Shown piece after piece: positions 46,201-62,607 of a DNA stretch of 64,000 nucleotides. The notes under the pieces are model-generated. The model made no database searches, was not told the DNA's origin, and saw only the letters and a program-made list of their open reading frames with translations. The position numbers were made by a program, and so were the translations under genes. Positions within the stretch are counted from its first letter, which is position 1; each line of letters opens with the position of its first letter. This DNA comes from Eledone cirrhosa. Its lineage: Eukaryota. The stretch spans positions 1,240,001 to 1,304,000 of the forward strand of contig OZ024759.1 in assembly GCA_964016885.1 (NCBI GenBank). The letters run 5' to 3'.

Positions 46201-49200
46201 ATTAGTAGCATGACACAGTCTATATTAGTAACATGACATGGTCTATATTAGTAACATGACACAGTCTATATTAGTAGCATGACAAAGTCTATATTAGTAA
46301 CATGACAAAGTCTATATTAGTAACATGACACAGTCTATATTAGTAACATGACACAGTCTATATTAGTAACATGACAAAGTCTATATTAGTAACATGACAC
46401 AGTCTATATTAGTAACATGACACAGTCTATATTAGTAACATGACAAAGTCTATATTAGTAGCATGACAAAGTCTATATTAGTAACATGACAAAGTCTATA
46501 TTAGTAACATGACACAGTCTATATTAGTAACATGACAAAGTCTATATTAGTAACATGACGGTCTATATTAGTAACATGACAGTCTATATTAGTAGCATGA
46601 CAAAGTCTATATTAGTAACATGACACAGTCTATATTAGTAACATGACACAGTCTATATTAGTAATATGACAAAGTCTATATTAGTAGCATGACAAAGTCT
46701 ATATTAGTAACATGACACAGTCTATATTAGTAACATGACAAAGTCTATATTAGTAGCATGACAAAGTCTATATTAGTAACATGACAAAGTCTATATTAGT
46801 AACATGACACAGTCTATATTAGTAACATGACAGTCTATATTAGTAACATGACAGTCCATATTAGTAGCATGACAAAGTCTATATTAGTAATATGACAGTC
46901 TATATTAGTAGCATGACAAAGTCTATATTAGTAACATGACAAAGTCTATATTAGTAACATGACACAGTCTATATTAGTAACATGACACAGTCTATATTAG
47001 TAACATGACACAGTCTATATTAGTAACATGACAAAGTCTATATTAGTAACATGACAAAGTCTATATTAGTAACATGACAAAGTCTATATTAGTAACATGA
47101 CTAAGTCTATATTAGTAACATGACACAGTCTATATTAGTAACATGACAGTCTATATTAGTAGCATGACAAAGTCTATATTAGTAACATGACACAGTCTAT
47201 ATTAGTAGCATGACAAAGTCTATATTAGTAGCATGACACAGTCTATATTAGTAACATGACATGGTCTATATTAGTAACATGACACAGTCTATATTAGTAG
47301 CATGACAAAGTCTATATTAGTAACATGACAAAGTCTATATTAGTAACATGAGAAAGTCTATATTAGTAACATGACACAGTCTATATTAGTAACATGACAA
47401 AGTCTATATTAGTAACATGACACAGTCTATATTAGTAACATGACACAGTCTATATTAGTAACATGACAAAGTCTATATTAGTAGCATGACAAAGTCTATA
47501 TTAGTAACATGACAAAGTCTATATTAGTAACATGACACAGTCTATATTAGTAACATGACAAAGTCTATATTAGTAACATGACGGTCTATATTAGTAACAT
47601 GACAGTCTATATTAGTAGCATGACAAAGTCTATATTTGTAACATGACACAGTCTATATTAGTAACATGACACAGTCTATATTAGTAATATGACAAAGTCT
47701 ATATTAGTAGCATGACAAAGTCTATATTAGTAACATGACACAGTCTATATTAGTAACATGACAAAGTCTATATTAGTAGCATGACAAAGTCTATATTAGT
47801 AACATGACAAAGTCTATATTAGTAACATGACACAGTCTATATTAGTAACATGACAGTCTATATTAGTAACATGACAGTCCATATTAGTAGCATGACACAG
47901 TCTATATTAGTAACATGACAAAGTCTATATTAGTAACATGACAAAGTCTATATTAGTAACATGACAAAGTCTATATTAGTAACATGACTAAGTCTATATT
48001 AGTAACATGACACAGTCTATATTAGTAACATGACAGTCTATATTAGTAGCATGACAAAGTCTATATTAGTAACATGACAAAGTCTATATTAGTAACATGA
48101 CACAGTCTATATTAGTAACATGACACAGTCTATATTAGTAACATGACAGTCTATATTAGTAACATGACAAAGTCTATATTAGTAACATGGCAAAGTCTAT
48201 GTTAGTAACATGACAAAGTCTATATTAGTAACATGACAGTCTATATTAGTAACATGACACATTCTATATTAGTAACATGACAAAGTCTATATTAGTAGCA
48301 TGACAAAGTCTATATTAGTAACATGACAGTCTATATTAGTAACATGCCAAAGTCTATATTAGTAGCATGACAAAGTCTATATTAGTAACATGACACAGTC
48401 TATATTAGTAACATGACACAGTCTATATTAGTAACATGACACAGTCTATATTAGTAGCATGACAAAGTCTATATTAGTAACATGACAAAGTCTATATTAG
48501 CAACATGACAAAGTCTATATTAGTAACATGACAAAGTCTATATTAGTAACATGACACAGTGTATATTAGTAATATGACAGTCTATATTAGTAGCATGACA
48601 AAGTCTATATTAGTAACATGACAGTCTATATTAGTAGCATGACAAAGTCTATATTAGTAACATGACACAGTCTATATCAGTAACATGACACAGTCTATAT
48701 TAGTAACATGACAAAGTCTATATTAGTAGCATGACAAAGTCTATATTAGTAACATGACACAGTCTATATTAGTAACATGACAAAGTCTATATTAGTAGCA
48801 TGACAAAGTCTATATTAGTAACATGACAAAGTCTATATTAGTAACATGACACAGTCTATATTAGTAACATGACAGTCTATATTAGTAACATGACAGTCCA
48901 TATTAGTAGCATGACAAAGTCTATATTAGTAACATGACAAAGTCTATATTACTAACATGACACAGTCTATATTAGTAACATGACACAGTCTATATTAGTA
49001 ACATCATACAGTCTATATTAGTAACATGACAAAGTCTATATTAGTAACATGACACAGTCTATATTAGTAACATGACACAGTCTATATTAGTAACATGACA
49101 AAGTCTATATTAGTAGCATGACAAAGTCTATATTAGTAACATGACAAAGTCTATATTAGTAACATGACGGTCTATATTAGTAACATGACAGTCTATATTA

Positions 49201-52200
49201 GTAGCATGACAAAGTCTATATTAGTAACATGACACAGTCTATATTAGTAACATGACACAGTCTATATTAGTAATATGACAAAGTCTATATTAGTAGCATG
49301 ACAAAGTCTATATTAGTAACATGACACAGTCTATATTAGTAACATGACAAAGTCTATATTAGTAGCATGACAAAGTCTATATTAGTAACATGACAAAGTC
49401 TATATTAGTAACATGACACAGTCTATATTAGTAACATGACAAAGTCTATATTAGTAACATGACGGTCTATATTAGTAACATGACAGTCTATATTAGTAGC
49501 ATGACAATGTCTATATTAGTAACATGACACAGTCTATATTAGTAACATGACACAGTCTATATTAGTAACATGACAACGTCTATATTAGTAGCATGACAAA
49601 GTCTATATTAGTAACATGACACAGTCTATATTAGTAACATGACAAAGTCTATATTAGTAGCATGACAAAGTCTATATTAGTAACATGACACAGTCTATAT
49701 TAGGAACATGACAAAGTCTATATTAGTAACATGACAAAGTCTATATTAGTAACATGACAAAGTCTATATTAGTAACATGACACAGTCTATATTAGTAACA
49801 TGACAAAGTCTATATTAGTAACATGACAGTCTATATTAGTAGCATGACAAAGTCTATATTAGTAACATGACAAAGTCTATATTAGTAACATGACACAGTC
49901 TATATTAGTAACATGACACAGTCTATATTAGTAACATGACAGTCTATATTAGTAACATGACAAAGTCTATATTAGTAACATGGCAAAGTCTATGTTAGTA
50001 ACATGACAAAGTCTATATTAGTAACATGACAGTCTATATTAGTAACATGACACATTCTATATTAGTAACATGACAAAGTCTATATTAGTAGCATGACAAA
50101 GTCTATATTAGTAACATGACAGTCTATATTAGTAACATGCCAAAGTCTATATTAGTAGCATGACAAAGTCTATATTAGTAACATGACACAGTCTATATTA
50201 GTAACATGACAAAGTCTATATTAGTAACATGACAAAGTCTATATTAGTAACATGACACAGTGTATATTAGTAATATGACAGTCTATATTAGTAGCATGAC
50301 AAAGTCTATATTAGTAACATGACAAAGTCTATATTAGTAACATGACACAGTCTATATTAGTAACATGACACAGTCTATATTAGTAACATGACACAGTCTA
50401 TATTAGTAACATGACAAAGTCTATATTAGTAACATGGCAAAGTCTATATTAGTAACATGACAAAGTCTATATTAGTAACATGACAAGGTCTATATTAGTA
50501 ACATGACACAGTCTATATTAGTAACATGACAAAGTCTATATTAGTAACATGACAGTCTATATTAGTAACATGCCAAAGTCTATATTAGTAGCATGACAAA
50601 GTCTATATTAGTAGCATGACACAGTCTATATTAGTAACATGACATGGTCTATATTAGTAACATGACACAGTCTATATTAGTAGCATGACAAAGTCTATAT
50701 TAGTAACATGACAAAGTCTATATTAGTAACATGACACAGTCTATATTAGTAACATGACACAGTCTATATTAGTAACATGACAAAGTCTATATTAGTAACA
50801 TGACACAGTCTATATTAGTAACATGACACAGTCTATATTAGTAACATGACAAAGTCTATATTAGTAGCATGACAAAGTCTATATTAGTAACATGACAAAG
50901 TCTATATTAGTAACATGACACAGTCTATATTAGTAACATGACAAAGTCTATATTAGTAACATGACGGTCTATATTAGTAACATGACAGTCTATATTAGTA
51001 GCATGACAAAGTCTATATTAGTAACATGACACAGTCTATATTAGTAACATGACACAGTCTATATTAGTAATATGACAAAGTCTATATTAGTAGCATGACA
51101 AAGTCTATATTAGTAACATGACACAGTCTATATTAGTAACATGACAAAGTCTATATTAGTAGCATGACAAAGTCTATATTAGTAACATGACAAAGTCTAT
51201 ATTAGTAACATGACACAGTCTATATTAGTAACATGACAGTCTATATTAGTAACATGACAGTCCATATTAGTAGCATGACAAAGTCTATATTAGTAATATG
51301 ACAGTCTATATTAGTAGCATGACAAAGTCTATATTAGTAACATGACAAAGTCTATATTAGTAACATGACACAGTCTATATTAGTAACATGACACAGTCTA
51401 TATTAGTAACATGACACAGTCTATATTAGTAACATGACAAAGTCTATATTAGTAACATGACAAAGTCTATATTAGTAACATGACAAAGTCTATATTAGTA
51501 ACATGACTAAGTCTATATTAGTAACATGACAGTCTATATTAGTAGCATGACAAAGTCTATATTAGTAACATGACACAGTCTATATTAGTAGCATGACAAA
51601 GTCTATATTAGTAGCATGACACAGTCTATATTAGTAACATGACATGGTCTATATTAGTAACATGACACAGTCTATATTAGTAGCATGACAAAGTCTATAT
51701 TAGTAACATGACAAAGTCTATATTAGTAACATGAGAAAGTCTATATTAGTAACATGACACAGTCTATATTAGTAACATCACAAAGTCTATATTAGTAACA
51801 TGACACAGTCTATATTAGTAACATGACACAGTCTATATTAGTAACATGACAAAGTCTATATTAGTAGCATGACAAAGTCTATATTAGTAACATGACAAAG
51901 TCTATATTAGTAACATGACACAGTCTATATTAGTAACATGACAAAGTCTATATTAGTAACATGACGGTCTATATTAGTAACATGACAGTCTATATTAGTA
52001 GCATGACAAAGTCTATATTAGTAACATGACACAGTCTATATTAGTAACATGACACAGTCTATATTAGTAATATGACAAAGTCTATATTAGTAGCATGACA
52101 AAGTCTATATTAGTAACATGACACAGTCTATATTAGTAACATGACAAAGTCTATATTAGTAGCATGACAAAGTCTATATTAGTAACATGACAAAGTCTAT

Positions 52201-55200
52201 ATTAGTAACATGACACAGTCTATATTAGTAACATGACAGTCTATATTAGTAACATGACAGTCCATATTAGTAGCATGACACAGTCTATATTAGTAACATG
52301 ACAAAGTCTATATTAGTAACATGACAAACTCTATATTAGTAACATGACAAAGTCTATATTAGTAACATGACTAAGTCTATATTAGTAACATGACACAGTC
52401 TATATTAGTAACATGACAGTCTATATTAGTAGCATGACAAAGTCTATATTAGTAACATGACAAAGTCTATATTAGTAACATGACACAGTCTATATTAGTA
52501 ACATGACACAGTCTATATTAGTAACATGACAGTCTATATTAGTAACATGACAAAGTCTATATTAGTAACATGGCAAAGTCTATGTTAGTAACATGACAAA
52601 GTCTATATTAGTAACATGACAGTCTATATTAGTAACATGACACATTCTATATTAGTAACATGACAAAGTCTATATTAGTAGCATGACAAAGTCTATATTA
52701 GTAACATGACAGTCTATATTAGTAACATGCCAAAGTCTATATTAGTAGCATGACAAAGTCTATATTAGTAACATGACACAGTCTATATTAGTAACATGAC
52801 ACAGTCTATATTAGTAACATGACACAGTCTATATTAGTAACATGACAAAGTCTATATTAGTAACATGACAAAGTCTATATTAGTAACATGACAAAGTCTA
52901 TATTAGTAACATGACTAAGTCTATATTAGTAACATGACACAGTCTATATTAGTAACATGACAGTCTATATTAGTAGCATGACAAAGTCTATATTAGTAAC
53001 ATGACACAGTCTATATTAGTAACATGACACAGTCTATATTAGTAATATGACAAAGTCTATATTAGTAGCATGACAAAGTCTATATTAGTAACATGACACA
53101 GTCTATATTAGTAACATGACAAAGTCTATATTAGTAGCATGACAAAGTCTATATTAGTAACATGACAAAGTCTATATTAGTAACATGACACAGTCTATAT
53201 TAGTAACATGACAGTCTATATTAGTAACATGACAGTCCATATTAGTAGCATGACACAGTCTATATTAGTAACATGACAAAGTCTATATTAGTAACATGAC
53301 AAAGTCTATATTAGTAACATGACAAAGTCTATATTAGTAACATGACTAAGTCTATATTAGTAACATGACACAGTCTATATTAGTAACATGACAGTCTATA
53401 TTAGTAGCATGACAAAGTCTATATTAGTAACATGACAAAGTCTATATTAGTAACATGACACAGTCTATATTAGTAACATGACACAGTCTATATTAGTAAC
53501 ATGACAGTCTATATTAGTAACATGACAAAGTCTATATTAGTAACATGGCAAAGTCTATGTTAGTAACATGACAAAGTCTATATTAGTAACATGACAGTCT
53601 ATATTAGTAACATGACACATTCTATATTAGTAACATGACAAAGTCTATATTAGTAGCATGACAAAGTCTATATTAGTAACATGACAGTCTATATTAGTAA
53701 CATGCCAAAGTCTATATTAGTAGCATGACAAAGTCTATATTAGTAACATGACACAGTCTATATTAGTAACATGACACAGTCTATATTAGTAACATGACAC
53801 AGTCTATATTAGTAGCATGACAAAGTCTATATTAGTAACATGACAAAGTCTATATTAGCAACATGACAAAGTCTATATTAGTAACATGACAAAGTCTATA
53901 TTAGTAACATGACACAGTGTATATTAGTAATATGACAGTCTATATTAGTAGCATGACAAAGTCTATATTAGTAACATGACAAAGTCTATATTAGTAACAT
54001 GACACAGTCTATATTAGTAACATGACACAGTCTATATTAGTAACATGACACAGTCTATATTAGTAACATGACAAAGTCTATATTAGTAACATGGCAAAGT
54101 CTATATTAGTAACATGACAAAGTCTATATTAGTAACATGACAAGGTCTATATTAGTAACATGACACAGTCTATATTAGTAACATGACAAAGTCTATATTA
54201 GTAACATGACAGTCTATATTAGTAACATGCCAAAGTCTATATTAGTAGCATGACAAAGTCTATATTAGTAGCATGACACAGTCTATATTAGTAACATGAC
54301 ATAGTCTATATTAGTAACATGACACAGTCTATATTAGTAGCATGACAAAGTCTATATTAGTAACATGACAAAGTCTATATTAGTAACATGAGAAAGTCTA
54401 TATTAGTAATATGACACAGTCTATATTAGTAACATGACAAAGTCTATATTAGTAACATGACACAGTCTATATTAGTAACATGACACAGTCTATATTAGTA
54501 ACATGACAAAGTCTATATTAGTAGCATGACAAAGTCTATATTAGTAACATGACAAAGTCTATATTAGTAACATGACACAGTCTATATTAGTAACATGACA
54601 AAGTCTATATTAGTAACATGACGGTCTATATTAGTAACATGACAGTCTATATTAGTAGCATGACAAAGTCTATATTAGTAACATGACACAGTCTATATCA
54701 GTAACATGACACAGTCTATATTAGTAACATGACAAAGTCTATATTAGTAGCATGACAAAGTCTATATTAGTAACATGACACAGTCTATATTAGTAACATG
54801 ACAAAGTCTATATTAGTAGCATGACAAAGTCTATATTAGTAACATGACAAAGTCTATATTAGTAACATGACACACTCTATATTAGTAACATGACAGTCTA
54901 TATTAGTAACATGACAGTCCATATTAGTAGCATGACAAAGTCTATATTAGTAACATGACAAAGTCTATATTACTAACATGACACAGTCTATATTAGTAAC
55001 ATGACACAGTCTATATTAGTAACATCATACAGTCTATATTAGTAACATGACAAAGTCTATATTAGTAACATGACACAGTCTATATTAGTAACATGACACA
55101 GTCTATATTAGTAACATGACAAAGTCTATATTAGTAGCATGACAAAGTCTATATTAGTAACATGACAAAGTCTATATTAGTAACATGACGGTCTATATTA

Positions 55201-58200
55201 GTAACATGACAGTCTATATTAGTAGCATGACAAAGTCTATATTAGTAACATGACACAGTCTATATTAGTAACATGACACAGTCTATATTAGTAACATGAC
55301 AAAGTCTATATTAGTAGCATGACAAAGTCTATATTAGTAACATGACACAGTCTATATTAGTAACATGACAAAGTCTATATTAGTAGCATGACAAAGTCTA
55401 TATTAGTAACATGACAAAGTCTATATTAGTAACATGACACAGTCTATATTAGTAACATGACAAAGTCTATATTAGTAACATGACGGTCTATATTAGTAAC
55501 ATGACAGTCTATATTAGTAGCATGACAATGTCTATATTAGTAACATGACACAGTCTATATTAGTAACATGACACAGTCTATATTAGTAACATGACAACGT
55601 CTATATTAGTAGCATGACAAAGTCTATATTAGTAACATGACACAGTCTATATTAGTAACATGACACAGTCTATATTAGTAATATGACAAAGTCTATATTA
55701 GTAGCATGACAAAGTCTATATTAGTAACATGACAGTCTATATTAGTAACATGCCAAAGTCTATATTAGTAGCATGACAAAGTCTATATTAGTAGCATGAC
55801 ACAGTCTATATTAGTAACATGACATGGTCTATATTAGTAACATGACACAGTCTATATTAGTAGCATGACAAAGTCTATATTAGTAACATGACAAAGTCTA
55901 TATTAGTAACATGACAGTCTATATTAGTAACATGCCAAAGTCTATATTAGTAGCATGACAAAGTCTATATTAGTAGCATGACACAGTCTATATTAGTAAC
56001 ATGACATGGTCTATATTAGTAACATGACACAGTCTATATTAGTAGCATGACAAAGTCTATATTAGTAACATGACAAAGTCTATATTAGTAACATGACACA
56101 GTCTATATTAGTAACATGACACAGTCTATATTAGTAACATGACAAAGTCTATATTAGTAACATGACACAGTCTATATTAGTAACATGACACAGTCTATAT
56201 TAGTAACATGACAAAGTCTATATTAGTAGCATGACAAAGTCTATATTAGTAACATGACAAAGTCTATATTAGTAACATGACACAGTCTATATTAGTAACA
56301 TGACAAAGTCTATATTAGTAACATGACGGTCTATATTAGTAACATGACAGTCTATATTAGTAGCATGACAAAGTCTATATTAGTAACATGACACAGTCTA
56401 TATTAGTAACATGACACAGTCTATATTAGTAATATGACAAAGTCTATATTAGTAGCATGACAAAGTCTATATTAGTAACATGACACAGTCTATATTAGTA
56501 ACATGACAAAGTCTATATTAGTAGCATGACAAAGTCTATATTAGTAACATGACAAAGTCTATATTAGTAACATGACACAGTCTATATTAGTAACATGACA
56601 GTCTATATTAGTAACATGACAGTCCATATTAGTAGCATGACAAAGTCTATATTAGTAATATGACAGTCTATATTAGTAGCATGACAAAGTCTATATTAGT
56701 AACATGACAAAGTCTATATTAGTAACATGACACAGTCTATATTAGTAACATGACACAGTCTATATTAGTAACATGACACAGTCTATATTAGTAACATGAC
56801 AAAGTCTATATTAGTAACATGACAAAGTCTATATTAGTAACATGACAAAGTCTATATTAGTAACATGACTAAGTCTATATTAGTAACATGACACAGTCTA
56901 TATTAGTAACATGACAGTCTATATTAGTAGCATGACAAAGTCTATATTAGTAACATGACACAGTCTATATTAGTAGCATGACAAAGTCTATATTAGTAGC
57001 ATGACACAGTCTATATTAGTAACATGACATGGTCTATATTAGTAACATGACACAGTCTATATTAGTAGCATGACAAAGTCTATATTAGTAACATGACAAA
57101 GTCTATATTAGTAACATGAGAAAGTCTATATTAGTAACATGACACAGTCTATATTAGTAACATGACAAAGTCTATATTAGTAACATGACACAGTCTATAT
57201 TAGTAACATGACACAGTCTATATTAGTAACATGACAAAGTCTATATTAGTAGCATGACAAAGTCTATATTAGTAACATGACAAAGTCTATATTAGTAACA
57301 TGACACAGTCTATATTAGTAACATGACAAAGTCTATATTAGTAACATGACGGTCTATATTAGTAACATGACAGTCTATATTAGTAGCATGACAAAGTCTA
57401 TATTTGTAACATGACACAGTCTATATTAGTAACATGACACAGTCTATATTAGTAATATGACAAAGTCTATATTAGTAGCATGACAAAGTCTATATTAGTA
57501 ACATGACACAGTCTATATTAGTAACATGACAAAGTCTATATTAGTAGCATGACAAAGTCTATATTAGTAACATGACAAAGTCTATATTAGTAACATGACA
57601 CAGTCTATATTAGTAACATGACAGTCTATATTAGTAACATGACAGTCCATATTAGTAGCATGACACAGTCTATATTAGTAACATGACAAAGTCTATATTA
57701 GTAACATGACAAAGTCTATATTAGTAACATGACAAAGTCTATATTAGTAACATGACTAAGTCTATATTAGTAACATGACACAGTCTATATTAGTAACATG
57801 ACAGTCTATATTAGTAGCATGACAAAGTCTATATTAGTAACATGACAAAGTCTATATTAGTAACATGACACAGTCTATATTAGTAACATGACACAGTCTA
57901 TATTAGTAACATGACAGTCTATATTAGTAACATGACAAAGTCTATATTAGTAACATGGCAAAGTCTATGTTAGTAACATGACAAAGTCTATATTAGTAAC
58001 ATGACAGTCTATATTAGTAACATGACACATTCTATATTAGTAACATGACAAAGTCTATATTAGTAGCATGACAAAGTCTATATTAGTAACATGACAGTCT
58101 ATATTAGTAACATGCCAAAGTCTATATTAGTAGCATGACAAAGTCTATATTAGTAACATGACACAGTCTATATTAGTAACATGACACAGTCTATATTAGT

Positions 58201-61200
58201 AACATGACACAGTCTATATTAGTAGCATGACAAAGTCTATATTAGTAACATGACAAAGTCTATATTAGCAACATGACAAAGTCTATATTAGTAACATGAC
58301 AAAGTCTATATTAGTAACATGACACAGTGTATATTAGTAATATGACAGTCTATATTAGTAGCATGACAAAGTCTATATTAGTAACATGACAGTCTATATT
58401 AGTAGCATGACAAAGTCTATATTAGTAACATGACACAGTCTATATCAGTAACATGACACAGTCTATATTAGTAACATGACAAAGTCTATATTAGTAGCAT
58501 GACAAAGTCTATATTAGTAACATGACACAGTCTATATTAGTAACATGACAAAGTCTATATTAGTAGCATGACAAAGTCTATATTAGTAACATGACAAAGT
58601 CTATATTAGTAACATGACACAGTCTATATTAGTAACATGACAGTCTATATTAGTAACATGACAGTCCATATTAGTAGCATGACAAAGTCTATATTAGTAA
58701 CATGACAAAGTCTATATTACTAACATGACACAGTCTATATTAGTAACATGACACAGTCTATATTAGTAACATCATACAGTCTATATTAGTAACATGACAA
58801 AGTCTATATTAGTAACATGACACAGTCTATATTAGTAACATGACACAGTCTATATTAGTAACATGACAAAGTCTATATTAGTAGCATGACAAAGTCTATA
58901 TTAGTAACATGACAAAGTCTATATTAGTAACATGACGGTCTATATTAGTAACATGACAGTCTATATTAGTAGCATGACAAAGTCTATATTAGTAACATGA
59001 CACAGTCTATATTAGTAACATGACACAGTCTATATTAGTAATATGACAAAGTCTATATTAGTAGCATGACAAAGTCTATATTAGTAACATGACACAGTCT
59101 ATATTAGTAACATGACAAAGTCTATATTAGTAGCATGACAAAGTCTATATTAGTAACATGACAAAGTCTATATTAGTAACATGACACAGTCTATATTAGT
59201 AACATGACAAAGTCTATATTAGTAACATGACGGTCTATATTAGTAACATGACAGTCTATATTAGTAGCATGACAATGTCTATATTAGTAACATGACACAG
59301 TCTATATTAGTAACATGACACAGTCTATATTAGTAACATGACAACGTCTATATTAGTAGCATGACAAAGTCTATATTAGTAACATGACACAGTCTATATT
59401 AGTAACATGACAAAGTCTATATTAGTAGCATGACAAAGTCTATATTAGTAACATGACACAGTCTATATTAGGAACATGACAAAGTCTATATTAGTAACAT
59501 GACAAAGTCTATATTAGTAACATGACAAAGTCTATATTAGTAACATGACACAGTCTATATTAGTAACATGACAAAGTCTATATTAGTAACATGACAGTCT
59601 ATATTAGTAGCATGACAAAGTCTATATTAGTAACATGACAAAGTCTATATTAGTAACATGACACAGTCTATATTAGTAACATGACACAGTCTATATTAGT
59701 AACATGACAGTCTATATTAGTAACATGACAAAGTCTATATTAGTAACATGGCAAAGTCTATGTTAGTAACATGACAAAGTCTATATTAGTAACATGACAG
59801 TCTATATTAGTAACATGACACATTCTATATTAGTAACATGACAAAGTCTATATTAGTAGCATGACAAAGTCTATATTAGTAACATGACAGTCTATATTAG
59901 TAACATGCCAAAGTCTATATTAGTAGCATGACAAAGTCTATATTAGTAACATGACACAGTCTATATTAGTAACATGACAAAGTCTATATTAGTAACATGA
60001 CAAAGTCTATATTAGTAACATGACACAGTGTATATTAGTAATATGACAGTCTATATTAGTAGCATGACAAAGTCTATATTAGTAACATGACAAAGTCTAT
60101 ATTAGTAACATGACACAGTCTATATTAGTAACATGACACAGTCTATATTAGTAACATGACACAGTCTATATTAGTAACATGACAAAGTCTATATTAGTAA
60201 CATGGCAAAGTCTATATTAGTAACATGACAAAGTCTATATTAGTAACATGACAAGGTCTATATTAGTAACATGACACAGTCTATATTAGTAACATGACAA
60301 AGTCTATATTAGTAACATGACAGTCTATATTAGTAACATGCCAAAGTCTATATTAGTAGCATGACAAAGTCTATATTAGTAGCATGACACAGTCTATATT
60401 AGTAACATGACATGGTCTATATTAGTAACATGACACAGTCTATATTAGTAGCATGACAAAGTCTATATTAGTAACATGACAAAGTCTATATTAGTAACAT
60501 GACACAGTCTATATTAGTAACATGACACAGTCTATATTAGTAACATGACAAAGTCTATATTAGTAACATGACACAGTCTATATTAGTAACATGACACAGT
60601 CTATATTAGTAACATGACAAAGTCTATATTAGTAGCATGACAAAGTCTATATTAGTAACATGACAAAGTCTATATTAGTAACATGACACAGTCTATATTA
60701 GTAACATGACAAAGTCTATATTAGTAACATGACGGTCTATATTAGTAACATGACAGTCTATATTAGTAGCATGACAAAGTCTATATTAGTAACATGACAC
60801 AGTCTATATTAGTAACATGACACAGTCTATATTAGTAATATGACAAAGTCTATATTAGTAGCATGACAAAGTCTATATTAGTAACATGACACAGTCTATA
60901 TTAGTAACATGACAAAGTCTATATTAGTAGCATGACAAAGTCTATATTAGTAACATGACAAAGTCTATATTAGTAACATGACACAGTCTATATTAGTAAC
61001 ATGACAGTCTATATTAGTAACATGACAGTCCATATTAGTAGCATGACAAAGTCTATATTAGTAATATGACAGTCTATATTAGTAGCATGACAAAGTCTAT
61101 ATTAGTAACATGACAAAGTCTATATTAGTAACATGACACAGTCTATATTAGTAACATGACACAGTCTATATTAGTAACATGACACAGTCTATATTAGTAA

Positions 61201-62607
61201 CATGACAAAGTCTATATTAGTAACATGACAAAGTCTATATTAGTAACATGACAAAGTCTATATTAGTAACATGACTAAGTCTATATTAGTAACATGACAG
61301 TCTATATTAGTAGCATGACAAAGTCTATATTAGTAACATGACACAGTCTATATTAGTAGCATGACAAAGTCTATATTAGTAGCATGACACAGTCTATATT
61401 AGTAACATGACATGGTCTATATTAGTAACATGACACAGTCTATATTAGTAGCATGACAAAGTCTATATTAGTAACATGACAAAGTCTATATTAGTAACAT
61501 GAGAAAGTCTATATTAGTAACATGACACAGTCTATATTAGTAACATCACAAAGTCTATATTAGTAACATGACACAGTCTATATTAGTAACATGACACAGT
61601 CTATATTAGTAACATGACAAAGTCTATATTAGTAGCATGACAAAGTCTATATTAGTAACATGACAAAGTCTATATTAGTAACATGACACAGTCTATATTA
61701 GTAACATGACAAAGTCTATATTAGTAACATGACGGTCTATATTAGTAACATGACAGTCTATATTAGTAGCATGACAAAGTCTATATTAGTAACATGACAC
61801 AGTCTATATTAGTAACATGACACAGTCTATATTAGTAATATGACAAAGTCTATATTAGTAGCATGACAAAGTCTATATTAGTAACATGACACAGTCTATA
61901 TTAGTAACATGACAAAGTCTATATTAGTAGCATGACAAAGTCTATATTAGTAACATGACAAAGTCTATATTAGTAACATGACACAGTCTATATTAGTAAC
62001 ATGACAGTCTATATTAGTAACATGACAGTCCATATTAGTAGCATGACACAGTCTATATTAGTAACATGACAAAGTCTATATTAGTAACATGACAAACTCT
62101 ATATTAGTAACATGACAAAGTCTATATTAGTAACATGACTAAGTCTATATTAGTAACATGACACAGTCTATATTAGTAACATGACAGTCTATATTAGTAG
62201 CATGACAAAGTCTATATTAGTAACATGACAAAGTCTATATTAGTAACATGACACAGTCTATATTAGTAACATGACACAGTCTATATTAGTAACATGACAG
62301 TCTATATTAGTAACATGACAAAGTCTATATTAGTAACATGGCAAAGTCTATGTTAGTAACATGACAAAGTCTATATTAGTAACATGACAGTCTATATTAG
62401 TAACATGACACATTCTATATTAGTAACATGACAAAGTCTATATTAGTAGCATGACAAAGTCTATATTAGTAACATGACAGTCTATATTAGTAACATGCCA
62501 AAGTCTATATTAGTAGCATGACAAAGTCTATATTAGTAACATGACACAGTCTATATTAGTAACATGACACAGTCTATATTAGTAACATGACACAGTCTAT
62601 ATTAGTA
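42985..62607 (+). repeat. Higher-order tandem duplication, unit 9768 bp, two apparently identical copies (~42985-52752, ~52753-62520)
   Basis: Exact offset 9768 for GACTAAG 43148/52916, TAGCAAC 44091/53859, TATTACT 45205/54973 and 48952/58720, TATTTGTAAC 47637/57405, TTAGGAAC 49703/59471, CATCACAAAG 51779/61547 and CAAACTCT 52329/62097. The first mismatch I saw is A52840 vs G62608. Confidence 0.95.
45935..46320 (+). repeat. Nested 182-bp (8-monomer) tandem duplication inside the 9768-bp unit, repeated at ~55.7-56.1 kb
   Basis: ATGCCAAAG at C45985/C46167 and GACATGG at G46058/G46240, offset 182 = 7x23 + 21. The same pair recurs at 55753/55935. Confidence 0.88.
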
